A DNA stretch of 34,744 nt from Minisyncoccota bacterium (GCA_028687495.1 JAQUAA010000001.1:1-34744); one strand, 5' to 3'. Shown: positions 1 through 8,687, counted from the first letter of the stretch. Made by a program: numbers and translations. Notes: generated by a model from the letters alone, not told the origin.

Positions 1-149
1 GGACAATCAGTTATCCCCACGCCGCTCCCCCTTATGGTACAACTCTCAAGCGGACCTTCGGTGGTTGTTTGGGCTTGCGCAAAAAAACCCGTTAACAGTC
101 CTCCAGCAAGCAAACCCATTAATGCTATCGTCAATAAAGCTTTCCCCAT
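1..149 (-). CDS. Partial secreted/hypothetical protein (N-terminal 49 codons; 3' end lies outside the window)
   Basis: Manual reverse translation from ATG (cat at 147-149) gives MGKALLTIALMGLLAGGLLTGFFAQAQTTTEGPLESCTIRGSGVGITDC with no stop before the window edge. The N-terminus is hydrophobic and signal-peptide-like. The ORF is too short to appear in the ORF track. Confidence 0.35.
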   Translation of the reverse strand, partial: MGKALLTIALMGLLAGGLLTGFFAQAQTTTEGPLESCTIRGSGVGITDC

Positions 150-179
150 TGTTTTATACATAAGTTTAAGGTTTCTTTA

Positions 180-515
180 TTAACTTCTTACTCCTAAGAT
201 TTGATTTATAATAGCAAGAATACCTTTTGAAAGCAAGACGACGGCAAAACCGATGGCCGTCCATAAAAGCAGGTTTTTTGCCTGATTGACCTTATTAAGA
301 TTACCGCCGGCAGTAACAAGAATGAATCCGCCGATAATCACCATCAAAGGAGCCAAGACAATGGCAATCTTAAAAACGAAATCAATGCCATTGCCAACCA
401 CCGCTTCGAAACTGGTGGCAACAATTGGATTTTGGATTACAATCTGCTGCTGGGCGAAAACTACGACCGGAGTAATCAGCCCCGCTAGAATAGTAGTCTG
501 AAGAATCTTTTTCAT
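180..515 (-). CDS. Small VirB2/TrbC-like (type IV secretion-type) pilin-family membrane protein
   Basis: 111-aa ORF with a signal peptide (MKKILQTTILAGLITPVVVFAQ) followed by two hydrophobic helices separated by a short polar loop (LVTAGGNLNKVNQAKNLLLWT). This architecture is typical of VirB2/TrbC-like pilins. It is clearly paralogous to the C-terminal ~85 aa of the 25309..25956 product. Confidence 0.55.
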   Translation of the reverse strand: MKKILQTTILAGLITPVVVFAQQQIVIQNPIVATSFEAVVGNGIDFVFKIAIVLAPLMVIIGGFILVTAGGNLNKVNQAKNLLLWTAIGFAVVLLSKGILAIINQILGVRS

Positions 516-522
516 AATTAAT

Positions 523-1035
523 TTATTTTACCAGAATTAAACCGTAGTGATAAGTGCCGGCTGAAAATTCTTTTTCTATCGTTAAGTTAAGGTCTAAAGC
601 TATTTCCTTTAAATCTTTCGGCGCCGTTCTTTCCCCTTCCGGACCGACGGGGGAGTCAGGTTTCCATTCGATGATCAAAATTCTGCCTCTGGGTTTCAAT
701 AATCTTTTGCCTTCTGAGAGCACTTTCTTTTTGTCCTGAACCTGGAAAAGAAGATTGGTCATCAAAATCAAATCCAAACTTTCCTCGAAAATATCCACTC
801 CTTTTTCAACGTCGGCCCTGATTGTCTGGATATTGAAAATTTTGGCTCCCTGGGCTTTGGCTTTAAGAGCGGATAGGGGCTCCTCCAAAATATCAATCGC
901 ATAAACCTTGCCGTCTTCCAAAATTTTGGCCAAGGGGATGGCCCAGCCGCCACTACCTGAACCGAAATCGGCAGCCGTCATTCCTTCTTTCAGTTTCAAT
1001 TGGTTTAAAATTTCGTTTGGGTTGAGAAATTCCAT
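523..1035 (-). CDS. Class I SAM-dependent methyltransferase
   Basis: 170-aa ORF with the SAM-binding motif I DFGSGSGGW and a Rossmann-like beta/alpha pattern. Substrate unknown. Confidence 0.8.
   Translation of the reverse strand: MEFLNPNEILNQLKLKEGMTAADFGSGSGGWAIPLAKILEDGKVYAIDILEEPLSALKAKAQGAKIFNIQTIRADVEKGVDIFEESLDLILMTNLLFQVQDKKKVLSEGKRLLKPRGRILIIEWKPDSPVGPEGERTAPKDLKEIALDLNLTIEKEFSAGTYHYGLILVK
525..553 (-). promoter_or_regulatory. Putative sigma70-type promoter (TTATCA-N17-TAAAAT, TGG-extended -10), 9 nt upstream of the ATG at 515
   Basis: The minus strand reads TTATCA (553-548), a 17-nt spacer ending in TGG (533-531), then TAAAAT (530-525), 9 nt, and ATG. It lies inside the 3' end of the methyltransferase gene. 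Confidence 0.4.
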
Positions 1036-1047
1036 AATAACTTATGA

Positions 1048-3543
1048 TTAGATGCAGGCTGCCGAAGCAACCTTATCTCCCTCTTCCAACCTCATTAGAC
1101 GAACTCCCTGGGTTGAACGGGAAAGCTTGGGAATCTGGGAAATTTTCGTTCTGATGACCTGACCTCTTTGGGAGATGACGATTAAATCTTCTTCCTCTCC
1201 AGTTAAAGCGAAGGAAGCCACGATATCACCGGTTTTCGGGGTAATATTGGCTGTTTTAATGCCGGATCCTCCTCTTCCCTGGACTTTGTATTCTTTCAGT
1301 TCCGTCCTCTTGCCGTAGCCGTTTTCGGTAACCACCAGCAAATAATTCTGCGTTTTATTATTGGCGTCCTGAATGGGAATAACGTCCACTCCCACGAGTT
1401 TGTCTCCTTTCTTTAATCTTACCGCTTTGACGCCGGAAGCCTGTCTCCCCATCTCCCTCGTTTCTTTTTCTTTGAAGCGGATGGACATGCCTTTTTGGGT
1501 AACCAGAATTACCTCGTTCTGCCCGGTGGTCTTGCAGACCTCTTTCAGGAGATCGTTCTTTTTAAGAGTTATGGCTATCAAGCCGGATCTTCGGACATTA
1601 TCGAATTCCGAGAGAGCTGTTCTTTTAATTATACCATCTTGGGTGAGCATGACTAAATATTTCGTTCCCAGGGTCTCATCTTCCTTGCCCAAAGGCAACA
1701 GGGATAAAACTTTTTCTTCGGGGGAAATTTCCAAGAAGTTAAGAAGTCCCCGGCCGCGGGCCACTCTCTGGCCTTCGGGAATTTCATAAACCAAAGTCCG
1801 GAAAACCTTTCCCGAATCAGTGAAAAAGAGAAGGGAGTCATGGGTATTGGCTGAAAGGAAATGTTCAACGGTGTCGTCCTGCAGCGTCTTCATCCCCATA
1901 ATTCCCTTGCCTCCTCTTTTTTGGATTTTATAGGTTTTGGGATTGATTCTTTTGATGTAGCCGCCTTGGGTCAGGGTAATGATCGTTTCTTCCTGGGGAA
2001 TCAGATCTTCCTCGGCAATTTCTCCCAACCCCTGGACCTGGACCTTGGTTCTTCTCTCATCTCCGAAATTTTCCTTTATCTCTCTTAGCTCTTTTTTAAT
2101 CACTTCTTTTATTCTCTGCGGGCTCTTGAGAATTTCAATCAGTTCCTTGATCATTATTTTCAATTGTTTCAGCTCATCTTCGATCTTCTTTCTTTCAAGT
2201 TTGGCCAAAGCCGAAAGCTTGGTCTCCAGAATGGCGTTGGCCTGAATCTTGGTCAAACGGAATCTCTTCATTAAATTCTTCTCGGCATCCTCCCGGCTCG
2301 CTGAATTCTTAATCGTTTTGATCACGGCGTCGATGTTGGCTAAGCACTTGTGCAAACCTTCCAGAATGTGAGCTCTTTCCTTGGCTTTTTCCAAATCGAA
2401 TTTCGTTCTTCTCGTCACCACCTCGGTCCGGTGGTCAATGAAATAACTTAAAAGTTCAACCAAATTCAAAACCCGGGGCTGTATCCCCTCGACCAAAGCC
2501 AGCATGTTCAAATGGAAGGTTTTTTGAAGGTCGGTGAATTTATAGAGGCGGTTGAGGACTTTTTGAGGATAAGCGTCGCGGGAAAGTTCGATGACGATTC
2601 TCATGCCGTCTTTATCCGATTCGTCCCTGATGTCTTTTATCCCCTCGATTTTTTTCTCCTGAACCAGATTGGCGAATTGTTCGATCAGTGTTGATTTTTG
2701 GACCTGAAAGGGAATCTCGGTGATGACAATCCGTCTTTTGCCGGTTTTTTCCTGTTCCATGACTTCGGCCCTGCCCCTCGTGACAATCGGACCCTTGCCC
2801 TGGGAATAGGCCTGGATTATTTCTTTCTGATTGAAAATTATGCCGCCGGTCGGAAAGTCAGGCCCCTGGATGAATTTAAAAAGTTCCTCGGTATCGATTT
2901 TGGGATGATCGATTAAATAGACTATGGCATCGCAAACCTCGGAAATATTATGAGTGGGGATGTTGGTCGCCATGCCGACGGCAATTCCCAAAGAACCGTT
3001 GAGCAACAGCTGGGGGACCGGGGAGGGCAGAACGGTCGGTTCCTTTCTCGTCCCGTCGAAATTTTCAACAAAGTTAACCGTATTCCTTTCGATGTCTTTC
3101 AGCGTTTCCTCTCCGATTTTGGAAAGGCGGCATTCAGTGTATCTCATGGCTGCCGGCGGATCACCGTCAATCGAACCGAAATTTCCCTGGCCTTCGATCA
3201 GGGGATAACGCAGAGAAAAATCCTGGGCCATTCTCACCAAGGAATCGTAGACAGCCATGTCGCCGTGAGGATGGTAACGGCCGAGACAGCTTCCCACCAC
3301 TGTCGCCGATTTCCTTGACTTGGCGGAGTGTTTCAAACCTTCCTCCAGCATGGTGTAGAGAATTCGGCGGTGAACCGGTTTCAAACCGTCTCTAACGTCA
3401 GGCAGAGCACGGGCAACGATAACCGACATGGCATAGTTAATGTATGATTCCTGCATTTCCTCGGTTATCTCCCTCGGTTTGATCAAGCCCATAGCCGTAT
3501 TTTGAATTTTTTGATTGTTATTGTTGTTCTTCATGTTTCTCAT
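1048..3543 (-). CDS. gyrA: DNA gyrase subunit A
   Basis: 831-aa ORF with YHPHGD, the active-site Tyr context [10 protein letters not shown], a GyrA-box-like QKRGGKG, and C-terminal beta-pinwheel repeats. Confidence 0.96.
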   Translation of the reverse strand: MRNMKNNNNNQKIQNTAMGLIKPREITEEMQESYINYAMSVIVARALPDVRDGLKPVHRRILYTMLEEGLKHSAKSRKSATVVGSCLGRYHPHGDMAVYDSLVRMAQDFSLRYPLIEGQGNFGSIDGDPPAAMRYTECRLSKIGEETLKDIERNTVNFVENFDGTRKEPTVLPSPVPQLLLNGSLGIAVGMATNIPTHNISEVCDAIVYLIDHPKIDTEELFKFIQGPDFPTGGIIFNQKEIIQAYSQGKGPIVTRGRAEVMEQEKTGKRRIVITEIPFQVQKSTLIEQFANLVQEKKIEGIKDIRDESDKDGMRIVIELSRDAYPQKVLNRLYKFTDLQKTFHLNMLALVEGIQPRVLNLVELLSYFIDHRTEVVTRRTKFDLEKAKERAHILEGLHKCLANIDAVIKTIKNSASREDAEKNLMKRFRLTKIQANAILETKLSALAKLERKKIEDELKQLKIMIKELIEILKSPQRIKEVIKKELREIKENFGDERRTKVQVQGLGEIAEEDLIPQEETIITLTQGGYIKRINPKTYKIQKRGGKGIMGMKTLQDDTVEHFLSANTHDSLLFFTDSGKVFRTLVYEIPEGQRVARGRGLLNFLEISPEEKVLSLLPLGKEDETLGTKYLVMLTQDGIIKRTALSEFDNVRRSGLIAITLKKNDLLKEVCKTTGQNEVILVTQKGMSIRFKEKETREMGRQASGVKAVRLKKGDKLVGVDVIPIQDANNKTQNYLLVVTENGYGKRTELKEYKVQGRGGSGIKTANITPKTGDIVASFALTGEEEDLIVISQRGQVIRTKISQIPKLSRSTQGVRLMRLEEGDKVASAACI

Positions 3544-3546
3544 CCT

Positions 3547-3753
3547 CTACTTAGGTATTTCTACTTTCGGTATGTCCAGTTTTTCCAAGTTTAAGTCCTT
3601 TTTGAATTCTTCCATTTTAAAATCTTCTAATTTTTTTTGGAAATTCTTGATCAGGACAAAAGAAAGAGACAAACCGATGACAGCCACCGCCGTCCAGAGG
3701 ATAATTCTTCTTTTCTTTTCCGGCAGACTTTGAAGTTCTTTTAAAAAATCCAT
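3547..3753 (-). CDS. Small single-pass membrane protein (hypothetical)
   Basis: 68-aa ORF with one TM helix (ILWTAVAVIGLSLSFVLI). It is packed without gaps between the MBL-fold gene (stop 3754-3756) and gyrA (start 3543). Confidence 0.5.
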   Translation of the reverse strand: MDFLKELQSLPEKKRRIILWTAVAVIGLSLSFVLIKNFQKKLEDFKMEEFKKDLNLEKLDIPKVEIPK

Positions 3754-4425
3754 CTAGGGGGTCAAGATTACTATTTTCGCTTCCTCGGCTGAAATGTCTT
3801 TCTTTTTAATGGATAATTTGGATATGGGTTCCAGCTTCTTTATCCCCATCGTCTTGAGAAACCTATCCAAACCCTCAAGCTTTATCTTTAATTTAGGCAG
3901 CTGGTAATGCATCGGGATGATGATGTTGGGTTCGATCTGCGACATGATTTTAACCGCCTCTTTTGCGGAAATGGTGTAAACCCCGCCCACCGGAATCATC
4001 AGAACGTCTATCTCGCCTATTTTCTCAATTTGCTCTGCAGTCAACTCTTTTTGGCCTAAATCACCGAGGTGGCATATTCTCACGTCCTCGGCTTCTATGG
4101 TATAGATGGTATTTGTTCCTTTTTCTTTCCCTCCCACGCTGTCGTGAAAAGCGGGAATTCCCTGCACAAAAACTTCTTTTATTTCGTATTCTCCGGGTCC
4201 CTGAATCAAAAAAGGGGGCTCGGCTGAGCCAGCGACAGGGGAAACCGCCTTGATGTTGTTGTGATCGTGATGCTGATGGGTCACCAACACAATATCCGCT
4301 TCCAGCTTGGGAATTCTCAAACCAGTCGTTTCGTCAAAAGGATCAATAACAATGCTGACATGATTGTTCTTGCCCTGGCTGGATAAAATTTGAAAACAAG
4401 ATTGTCCCTTCCAGATTATTTGCAT
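3754..4425 (-). CDS. Metallo-beta-lactamase-fold metal-dependent hydrolase (UPF0173-like)
   Basis: HxHxDH motif (THQHHDHNN). Family members typically begin M-x-I-T/W-x-G-H/Q-S-C-F, which matches MQIIWKGQSCF at the ATG at 4425. The upstream ATG at 4443 overlaps the predicted -10 element. Confidence 0.85.
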   Translation of the reverse strand: MQIIWKGQSCFQILSSQGKNNHVSIVIDPFDETTGLRIPKLEADIVLVTHQHHDHNNIKAVSPVAGSAEPPFLIQGPGEYEIKEVFVQGIPAFHDSVGGKEKGTNTIYTIEAEDVRICHLGDLGQKELTAEQIEKIGEIDVLMIPVGGVYTISAKEAVKIMSQIEPNIIIPMHYQLPKLKIKLEGLDRFLKTMGIKKLEPISKLSIKKKDISAEEAKIVILTP

Positions 4426-4433
4426 ACAAAAAT

Positions 4434-4462
4434 ATTTTATCATAAATTGGCTTTTGTCTCAA
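4434..4462 (-). promoter_or_regulatory. Putative promoter TTGAGA-N17-TAAAAT (TGA-extended), 8 nt upstream of the ATG at 4425
   Basis: The minus strand reads TTGAGA (4462-4457), a 17-nt spacer ending in TGA (4442-4440), then TAAAAT (4439-4434). Confidence 0.45.
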
Positions 4463-4465
4463 CTA

Positions 4466-4494
4466 TTGCATTTTTCCACAAAATAATGTAACAT
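4466..4494 (+). promoter_or_regulatory. Putative promoter TTGCAT-N17-TAACAT, 7 nt upstream of the rpsA ATG (4502)
   Basis: TTGCAT at 4466-4471, a 17-nt spacer, TAACAT at 4489-4494, then cattttt and ATG. There is no Shine-Dalgarno sequence in between. Confidence 0.45.
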
Positions 4495-4501
4495 CATTTT
4501 T

Positions 4502-5554
4502 ATGAAAGAATTACTCGAGAAAAACAATTTGATAAAACCGGCTCAGGTAGGGAAAATCGTTGAAGGCAAAGTTATCGGCAAGGCGAGATCGGCTATCTTT
4601 TTGGATCTGGGCCCCATCGGAACCGGAATAATTTACGGCAAAGAATTCCAGGAAGCTAAGGAAGCGCTGAAGGGACTGAAAATCGGGGAAACCCTGTTTT
4701 CTAAAATCGTTGATCTTGAAAACGACCAGGGCTACATCGAATTATCTCTGAGCCAGGCCTCCGACGAACTGACTTGGGAAAAATTAAGACAAGTGAAGGA
4801 AAAAGGGGAAACGATTACCGTAAAAATTTCGGGTGCGAACAAAGGCGGTTTGTTATCGGAAGTTTTCGATGTTCCCGCCTTTTTGCCAGTTTCCCAACTG
4901 TTGCCTGAAAATTATCCCAGAGTGGAAAAAGGCGATACTTCCAAGATTATAAAAGAACTCCAGAAATTCATCGGTAAAGATATGGAGGTTAAGGTTTTTG
5001 ATCTGGATTCCAGAGAAGGAAAATTGATTTTATCGGAAAAAGCCAAAGAAGACGAGAAAATAAAAGAGATTTTAAAAAGCTATAAGGTCGGCGATGTCGT
5101 TGAGGGAGAAATCACGGGCATCACCGACTTCGGCGTCTTCATGAAATTCGGCAAGGAAGGATTGGAAGGCTTGGTTCATATTTCCGAATTGGACTGGCAG
5201 CTGATCGAAGACCCGGCGGACATCGTCAAAGTGGGAGAAAAAATCAAGGCGAAAATCATTTCCATTTCCGAGAGCAAAGTTTCCCTGTCCCTGAAAGCTC
5301 TTAAAAAAGATCCTTGGCTTGATATTGAAACGAAATACAAAAAAGGCGATGTCGTCGACGGAAAAGTGACGAAACTCAATCCCTACGGCGCATTCGTCCA
5401 ACTGACTCCGAAAATCCAGGGTCTTTGCCATATCTCCGAATTCGGCACCAAATCCAAGATGGAAACCATGCTCAAGGTGGGAGAAAAGTATAAATTTCAA
5501 ATCTTGGAAATTCAGCCGAAAGAACACAGAATGAGCTTGAAGCTGGTGGAATAA
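4502..5554 (+). CDS. rpsA: 30S ribosomal protein S1 (short, four S1 domains)
   Basis: 350-aa ORF with four tandem S1/OB repeats. Examples are GDVVEGEITGITDFGVFMKF...GLVHISEL and GDVVDGKVTKLNPYGAFVQL...GLCHISEF. Confidence 0.85.
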   Translation: MKELLEKNNLIKPAQVGKIVEGKVIGKARSAIFLDLGPIGTGIIYGKEFQEAKEALKGLKIGETLFSKIVDLENDQGYIELSLSQASDELTWEKLRQVKEKGETITVKISGANKGGLLSEVFDVPAFLPVSQLLPENYPRVEKGDTSKIIKELQKFIGKDMEVKVFDLDSREGKLILSEKAKEDEKIKEILKSYKVGDVVEGEITGITDFGVFMKFGKEGLEGLVHISELDWQLIEDPADIVKVGEKIKAKIISISESKVSLSLKALKKDPWLDIETKYKKGDVVDGKVTKLNPYGAFVQLTPKIQGLCHISEFGTKSKMETMLKVGEKYKFQILEIQPKEHRMSLKLVE

Positions 5555-5582
5555 ACAGAGCTAGCGAAAATCGTTAAATTCA

Positions 5583-5612
5583 GCGTCCGAGGACCAATTC
5601 GGACGTTTTTGA
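5583..5612 (+). terminator. Rho-independent terminator after rpsA
   Basis: Hairpin GCGTCCGA / loop ggaccaat / TCGGACG followed by TTTTT (5606-5610). Confidence 0.6.
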
Positions 5613-5628
5613 TTCAATGGGCGATTCC

Positions 5629-5657
5629 TTGAACTTTTCGAAATTCTCTGTTATCCT
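5629..5657 (+). promoter_or_regulatory. Putative promoter TTGAAC-N17-TATCCT for ftsH
   Basis: TTGAAC at 5629-5634 and TATCCT at 5652-5657. A 13-nt purine-containing leader (gaaagagtattcc) precedes the ATG at 5671. Confidence 0.4.
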
Positions 5658-5670
5658 GAAAGAGTATTCC

Positions 5671-7560
5671 ATGAAAAATTTAATCAAAAATTTCATATTT
5701 ATCCTGCTGATTCTTTTGGTGGTTTCCAGCATCTTCACCGCCTTTTCCAAACCATTCAAAAAGGAAACTGAAATATCTCTGACCCAGTTGGTAAATGAAA
5801 TCAACCAAGGGAAGGTTAAAAAAATAACTGTTTCCGAGAATAAGCTGGAGATAGTTTATCAAGACGAAACCCTGGCTACTTCCCGCAAAGAAACAGAAAT
5901 GGCTCTTTCCCAGTCTCTGATAAATTACGGGGTCAGCGCCGAAAAGTTGAAATCAGTCGAGGTTGAAACGAAAGAGAACGGAGCGCTTTGGAGCTGGCTG
6001 GGGCCCCTGCTTTTCGCCCTGCTTCCTCTTCTGCTCTTTGGTGTATTTTTCTGGATGATTTTCAGACAGGCCAAAGTGGGGGCAATGCAGGCTTTTGATT
6101 TCACCAAGGCCAGAGCCCGGTTATTCGGAGCGGAAGGACACTCCAAGGAAAGAATCACCTTTAAGGACGTAGCCGGCCTGAAAGAAGCAAAAGAGGAACT
6201 GAAAGAGATCGTTGATTTTTTGAGAAATCCCAAGAAATTCTTGCAAATGGGAGCGAGGATTCCCAGGGGCGTGCTTTTAATGGGCAGTCCCGGCACCGGC
6301 AAAACGTTATTGGCCAGGGCTGTAGCCGGCGAGGCTCACGTTCCTTTTTTCCATATTTCTGGTTCGGAATTCGTTGAGATGTTCGTCGGAGTGGGAGCCG
6401 GCAGAGTCAGAGATCTGTTTTCTACGGCAAAAAAAGCTGCTCCGGCCATTATTTTCATCGACGAGCTTGATGCCATCGGCCGGCACAGGGGAGCTGGTTT
6501 GGGAGGAGGACACGACGAAAGGGAACAGACCCTAAACCAAATTCTGGTTGAAATGGATGGTTTTGAAAGAGATACCAATTTGATCGTCGTGGCAGCAACC
6601 AACAGACCCGACATTCTGGATCCCGCCTTATTGAGGCCGGGAAGATTCGACAGAAGGGTAGTCCTAGATATGCCGGATATCAATGACAGGGAAGAAATCT
6701 TAAAAATCCACTGTCAGGGTAAGCCCCTGGCTTTGAACATCAATTTAAGGGAAATCGCCGAAAGAACTCCCGGGTTTGCCGGAGCGGATCTGGCCAATGT
6801 CGTTAACGAAGCGGCAATTTTGGCAGCCAGAAGAAACAAAAATCAGGTAACCCAGGCGGAATTTCTGGAATCAATCGAAAAAGTACTGCTGGGGCCAGAA
6901 AGAAAAAGCCACGTTCTGTCAAAAAGGGAAAAGGAAATAGCAGCCTATCACGAAGCCGGTCACGCCTTGGTTTCAGCTTCCTTGCCGGGAAACGAACCTG
7001 TCAGAAAAATTTCCATCGTGGCCAGGGGAGTAGCCGCCGGCTATACGATAAAAATGCCGACGGAGGAAAGAAGAATCAAAACGAAATCTGAATTCTTGGC
7101 TGAATTGGCCACCCTGCTGGGCGGCTTCGTCGCGGAAAAAATAAAATTCGGCGAAATGACTACGGGAGCCAGCAACGATCTGGAAAAAGCATCTGAGCTT
7201 GCCAGGAAACTGGTGAAAGAATACGGCATGTCTTCTCTGGGACCGATTTCTTTCGGAGAGAAAGAAGAATTGATCTTCTTGGGAAAAGAAATTTCGGAAC
7301 AAAGGAATTATTCCGAAAAAGTGGCGGCTGAAATCGACAAGGAGGTTGCCGAATTTATAAAGGATGCGGAGAACCAGGCAAGAAAGATTTTAATGAGAAA
7401 GAAGGGGCTGCTGGAAAAAATCGCCAAAAGATTAATCGAAAAGGAAACTATCGAAAGAGAGGAATTTGAAGAATTGATCGGACAAAGAAAAGCGGAAAAA
7501 CCATCTCACGCTCCGATAAACAGGGAAAGGGCGGTCAGGATAAAAATCAAACAGGTGTAA
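5671..7560 (+). CDS. ftsH: ATP-dependent zinc metalloprotease FtsH
   Basis: Two N-terminal TM helices, Walker A GSPGTGKT, Walker B IIFIDELD and Zn motif HEAGH. The start is set at MKNLIKNF (5671) because the 5617 ATG lies upstream of the predicted promoter. Confidence 0.95.
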   Translation: MKNLIKNFIFILLILLVVSSIFTAFSKPFKKETEISLTQLVNEINQGKVKKITVSENKLEIVYQDETLATSRKETEMALSQSLINYGVSAEKLKSVEVETKENGALWSWLGPLLFALLPLLLFGVFFWMIFRQAKVGAMQAFDFTKARARLFGAEGHSKERITFKDVAGLKEAKEELKEIVDFLRNPKKFLQMGARIPRGVLLMGSPGTGKTLLARAVAGEAHVPFFHISGSEFVEMFVGVGAGRVRDLFSTAKKAAPAIIFIDELDAIGRHRGAGLGGGHDEREQTLNQILVEMDGFERDTNLIVVAATNRPDILDPALLRPGRFDRRVVLDMPDINDREEILKIHCQGKPLALNINLREIAERTPGFAGADLANVVNEAAILAARRNKNQVTQAEFLESIEKVLLGPERKSHVLSKREKEIAAYHEAGHALVSASLPGNEPVRKISIVARGVAAGYTIKMPTEERRIKTKSEFLAELATLLGGFVAEKIKFGEMTTGASNDLEKASELARKLVKEYGMSSLGPISFGEKEELIFLGKEISEQRNYSEKVAAEIDKEVAEFIKDAENQARKILMRKKGLLEKIAKRLIEKETIEREEFEELIGQRKAEKPSHAPINRERAVRIKIKQV

Positions 7561-7566
7561 ATGGAT

Positions 7567-7641
7567 GGGCGTGTAGCTCAGTGGTAGAGCATTACTCTTA
7601 TAAAGTAAGGGTCGAAGGTTCGATCCCTTCCACGCCCACCA
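7567..7641 (+). tRNA. tRNA-Ile (anticodon UAU), CCA encoded
   Basis: Hand-folded cloverleaf: GGGCGTG/CACGCCC acceptor, GCTC/GAGC D stem, TTACT/AGTAA anticodon stem with loop CTTATAA, GAAGG/CCTTC T stem with TTCGATC loop, then A73-CCA. Confidence 0.8.
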
Positions 7642-7642
7642 G

Positions 7643-7715
7643 GGGCGGTTAGCTCAGTTGGCAGAGCGCATACTTGACGTGTATGAGGTCAGAGGTTCGA
7701 GCCCTCTACCGCCCA
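7643..7715 (+). tRNA. tRNA-Val (anticodon GAC)
   Basis: Cloverleaf: GGGCGGT/ACCGCCC acceptor, anticodon stem CATAC/GTATG with loop TTGACGT, and T arm AGAGG-TTCGAGC-CCTCT. No CCA is encoded. Confidence 0.9.
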
Positions 7716-7716
7716 C

Positions 7717-8328
7717 ATGGAAATTATTTACGAAGACGACGATCTGTTGGTTTACGATAAACCGGCCGGGGTAAATTGCGACGATTTCCCAAAAAGAGTT
7801 CACCGTTTGGATAAAGATACTTCGGGAATATTTCTGGTGGCGAAAAACGACAAAACCTTGGCTTTTTTGCAAGAACAGTTCAAAAACAGAAAAGTGGAAA
7901 AGAAATATCTGGCTCTGGCGATCGGCCATCTTAAAAACCAGGAAGGGGAAATTGAGACCCTGATCGGCCGTTCTCCCGGAGACAGAAGGAAACAGAAAGT
8001 TTACCTGACAAATGAACCCGCTGATCAGGGGAAAAGAACGGCCGTAACTCACTATAAAGTATTGCAAAGATTTGAAAATTATGATTTGATAGAAGCCGAA
8101 CCCAAAACCGGTAGGAAGCATCAAATAAGAACGCACCTGGCCTATTTGGGACATCCTATTGCCGGGGATAAAATGTACGGATTTAAAAACCAGCTCCTGC
8201 CCGAAGGACTGAAAAGACAATTTTTACACGCTTATTACCTAAAAATAAATTTACCAAATGGTCGAGAAACAGAATTCAAATCGGAATTGCCACAGGATTT
8301 AAAAGAAATATTAACTAATTTAAAATGA
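7717..8328 (+). CDS. RluA-family pseudouridine synthase (no S4 domain)
   Basis: 203-aa ORF with the catalytic motif HRLDKDTSG. It begins directly with the catalytic-domain consensus (IIYEDDDLLVYDKPAG). Confidence 0.85.
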   Translation: MEIIYEDDDLLVYDKPAGVNCDDFPKRVHRLDKDTSGIFLVAKNDKTLAFLQEQFKNRKVEKKYLALAIGHLKNQEGEIETLIGRSPGDRRKQKVYLTNEPADQGKRTAVTHYKVLQRFENYDLIEAEPKTGRKHQIRTHLAYLGHPIAGDKMYGFKNQLLPEGLKRQFLHAYYLKINLPNGRETEFKSELPQDLKEILTNLK

Positions 8329-8687
8329 CCACGAAATTAGACGCTTTCGTCAAAACTCAATTGAAGGGAAACATACCCGAAATCAAACCGGGCGATACGG
8401 TTCAGATTCATCAAAAAATCAAAGAAGGTGACAAAGAGAGAATCCAGGTTTTCGAGGGCCAGGTTATTGCCAAAAAACACGGCCAGGGCCTTTCCTCGAT
8501 GATTACCGTCAGGAAGGTGATTTCCGGCATTGGAACAGAGAGAATCTTCCCCATCCATTCACCGATCATCGATAAAATAGAGGTGGTAAAGCGAGGAAAA
8601 ACGAGAAGAGCCAAGCTTTATTATTTGAGAAGGGTTAAGGGAAGAAAAGCACGACTTAAGGCAGAACAAACCGTTGGAAAGGAATAA
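8325..8687 (+). CDS. rplS: 50S ribosomal protein L19
   Basis: 120-aa ORF with the typical L19 sequence (IPEIKPGDTVQIHQKIKEGDKERIQVFEGQVIAKKH...RRAKLYYLR). An ATGA overlap joins it to the upstream gene. Confidence 0.95.
   Translation: MTTKLDAFVKTQLKGNIPEIKPGDTVQIHQKIKEGDKERIQVFEGQVIAKKHGQGLSSMITVRKVISGIGTERIFPIHSPIIDKIEVVKRGKTRRAKLYYLRRVKGRKARLKAEQTVGKE

Noticed and set aside
7654-8220. 188-aa ORF on the minus strand.
   Set aside because: It is antisense to the well-supported RluA-family gene and runs into tRNA-Val(GAC). The sequence is low-complexity and Phe/Ser/Gln-rich with no recognisable motif. This is a typical shadow ORF.
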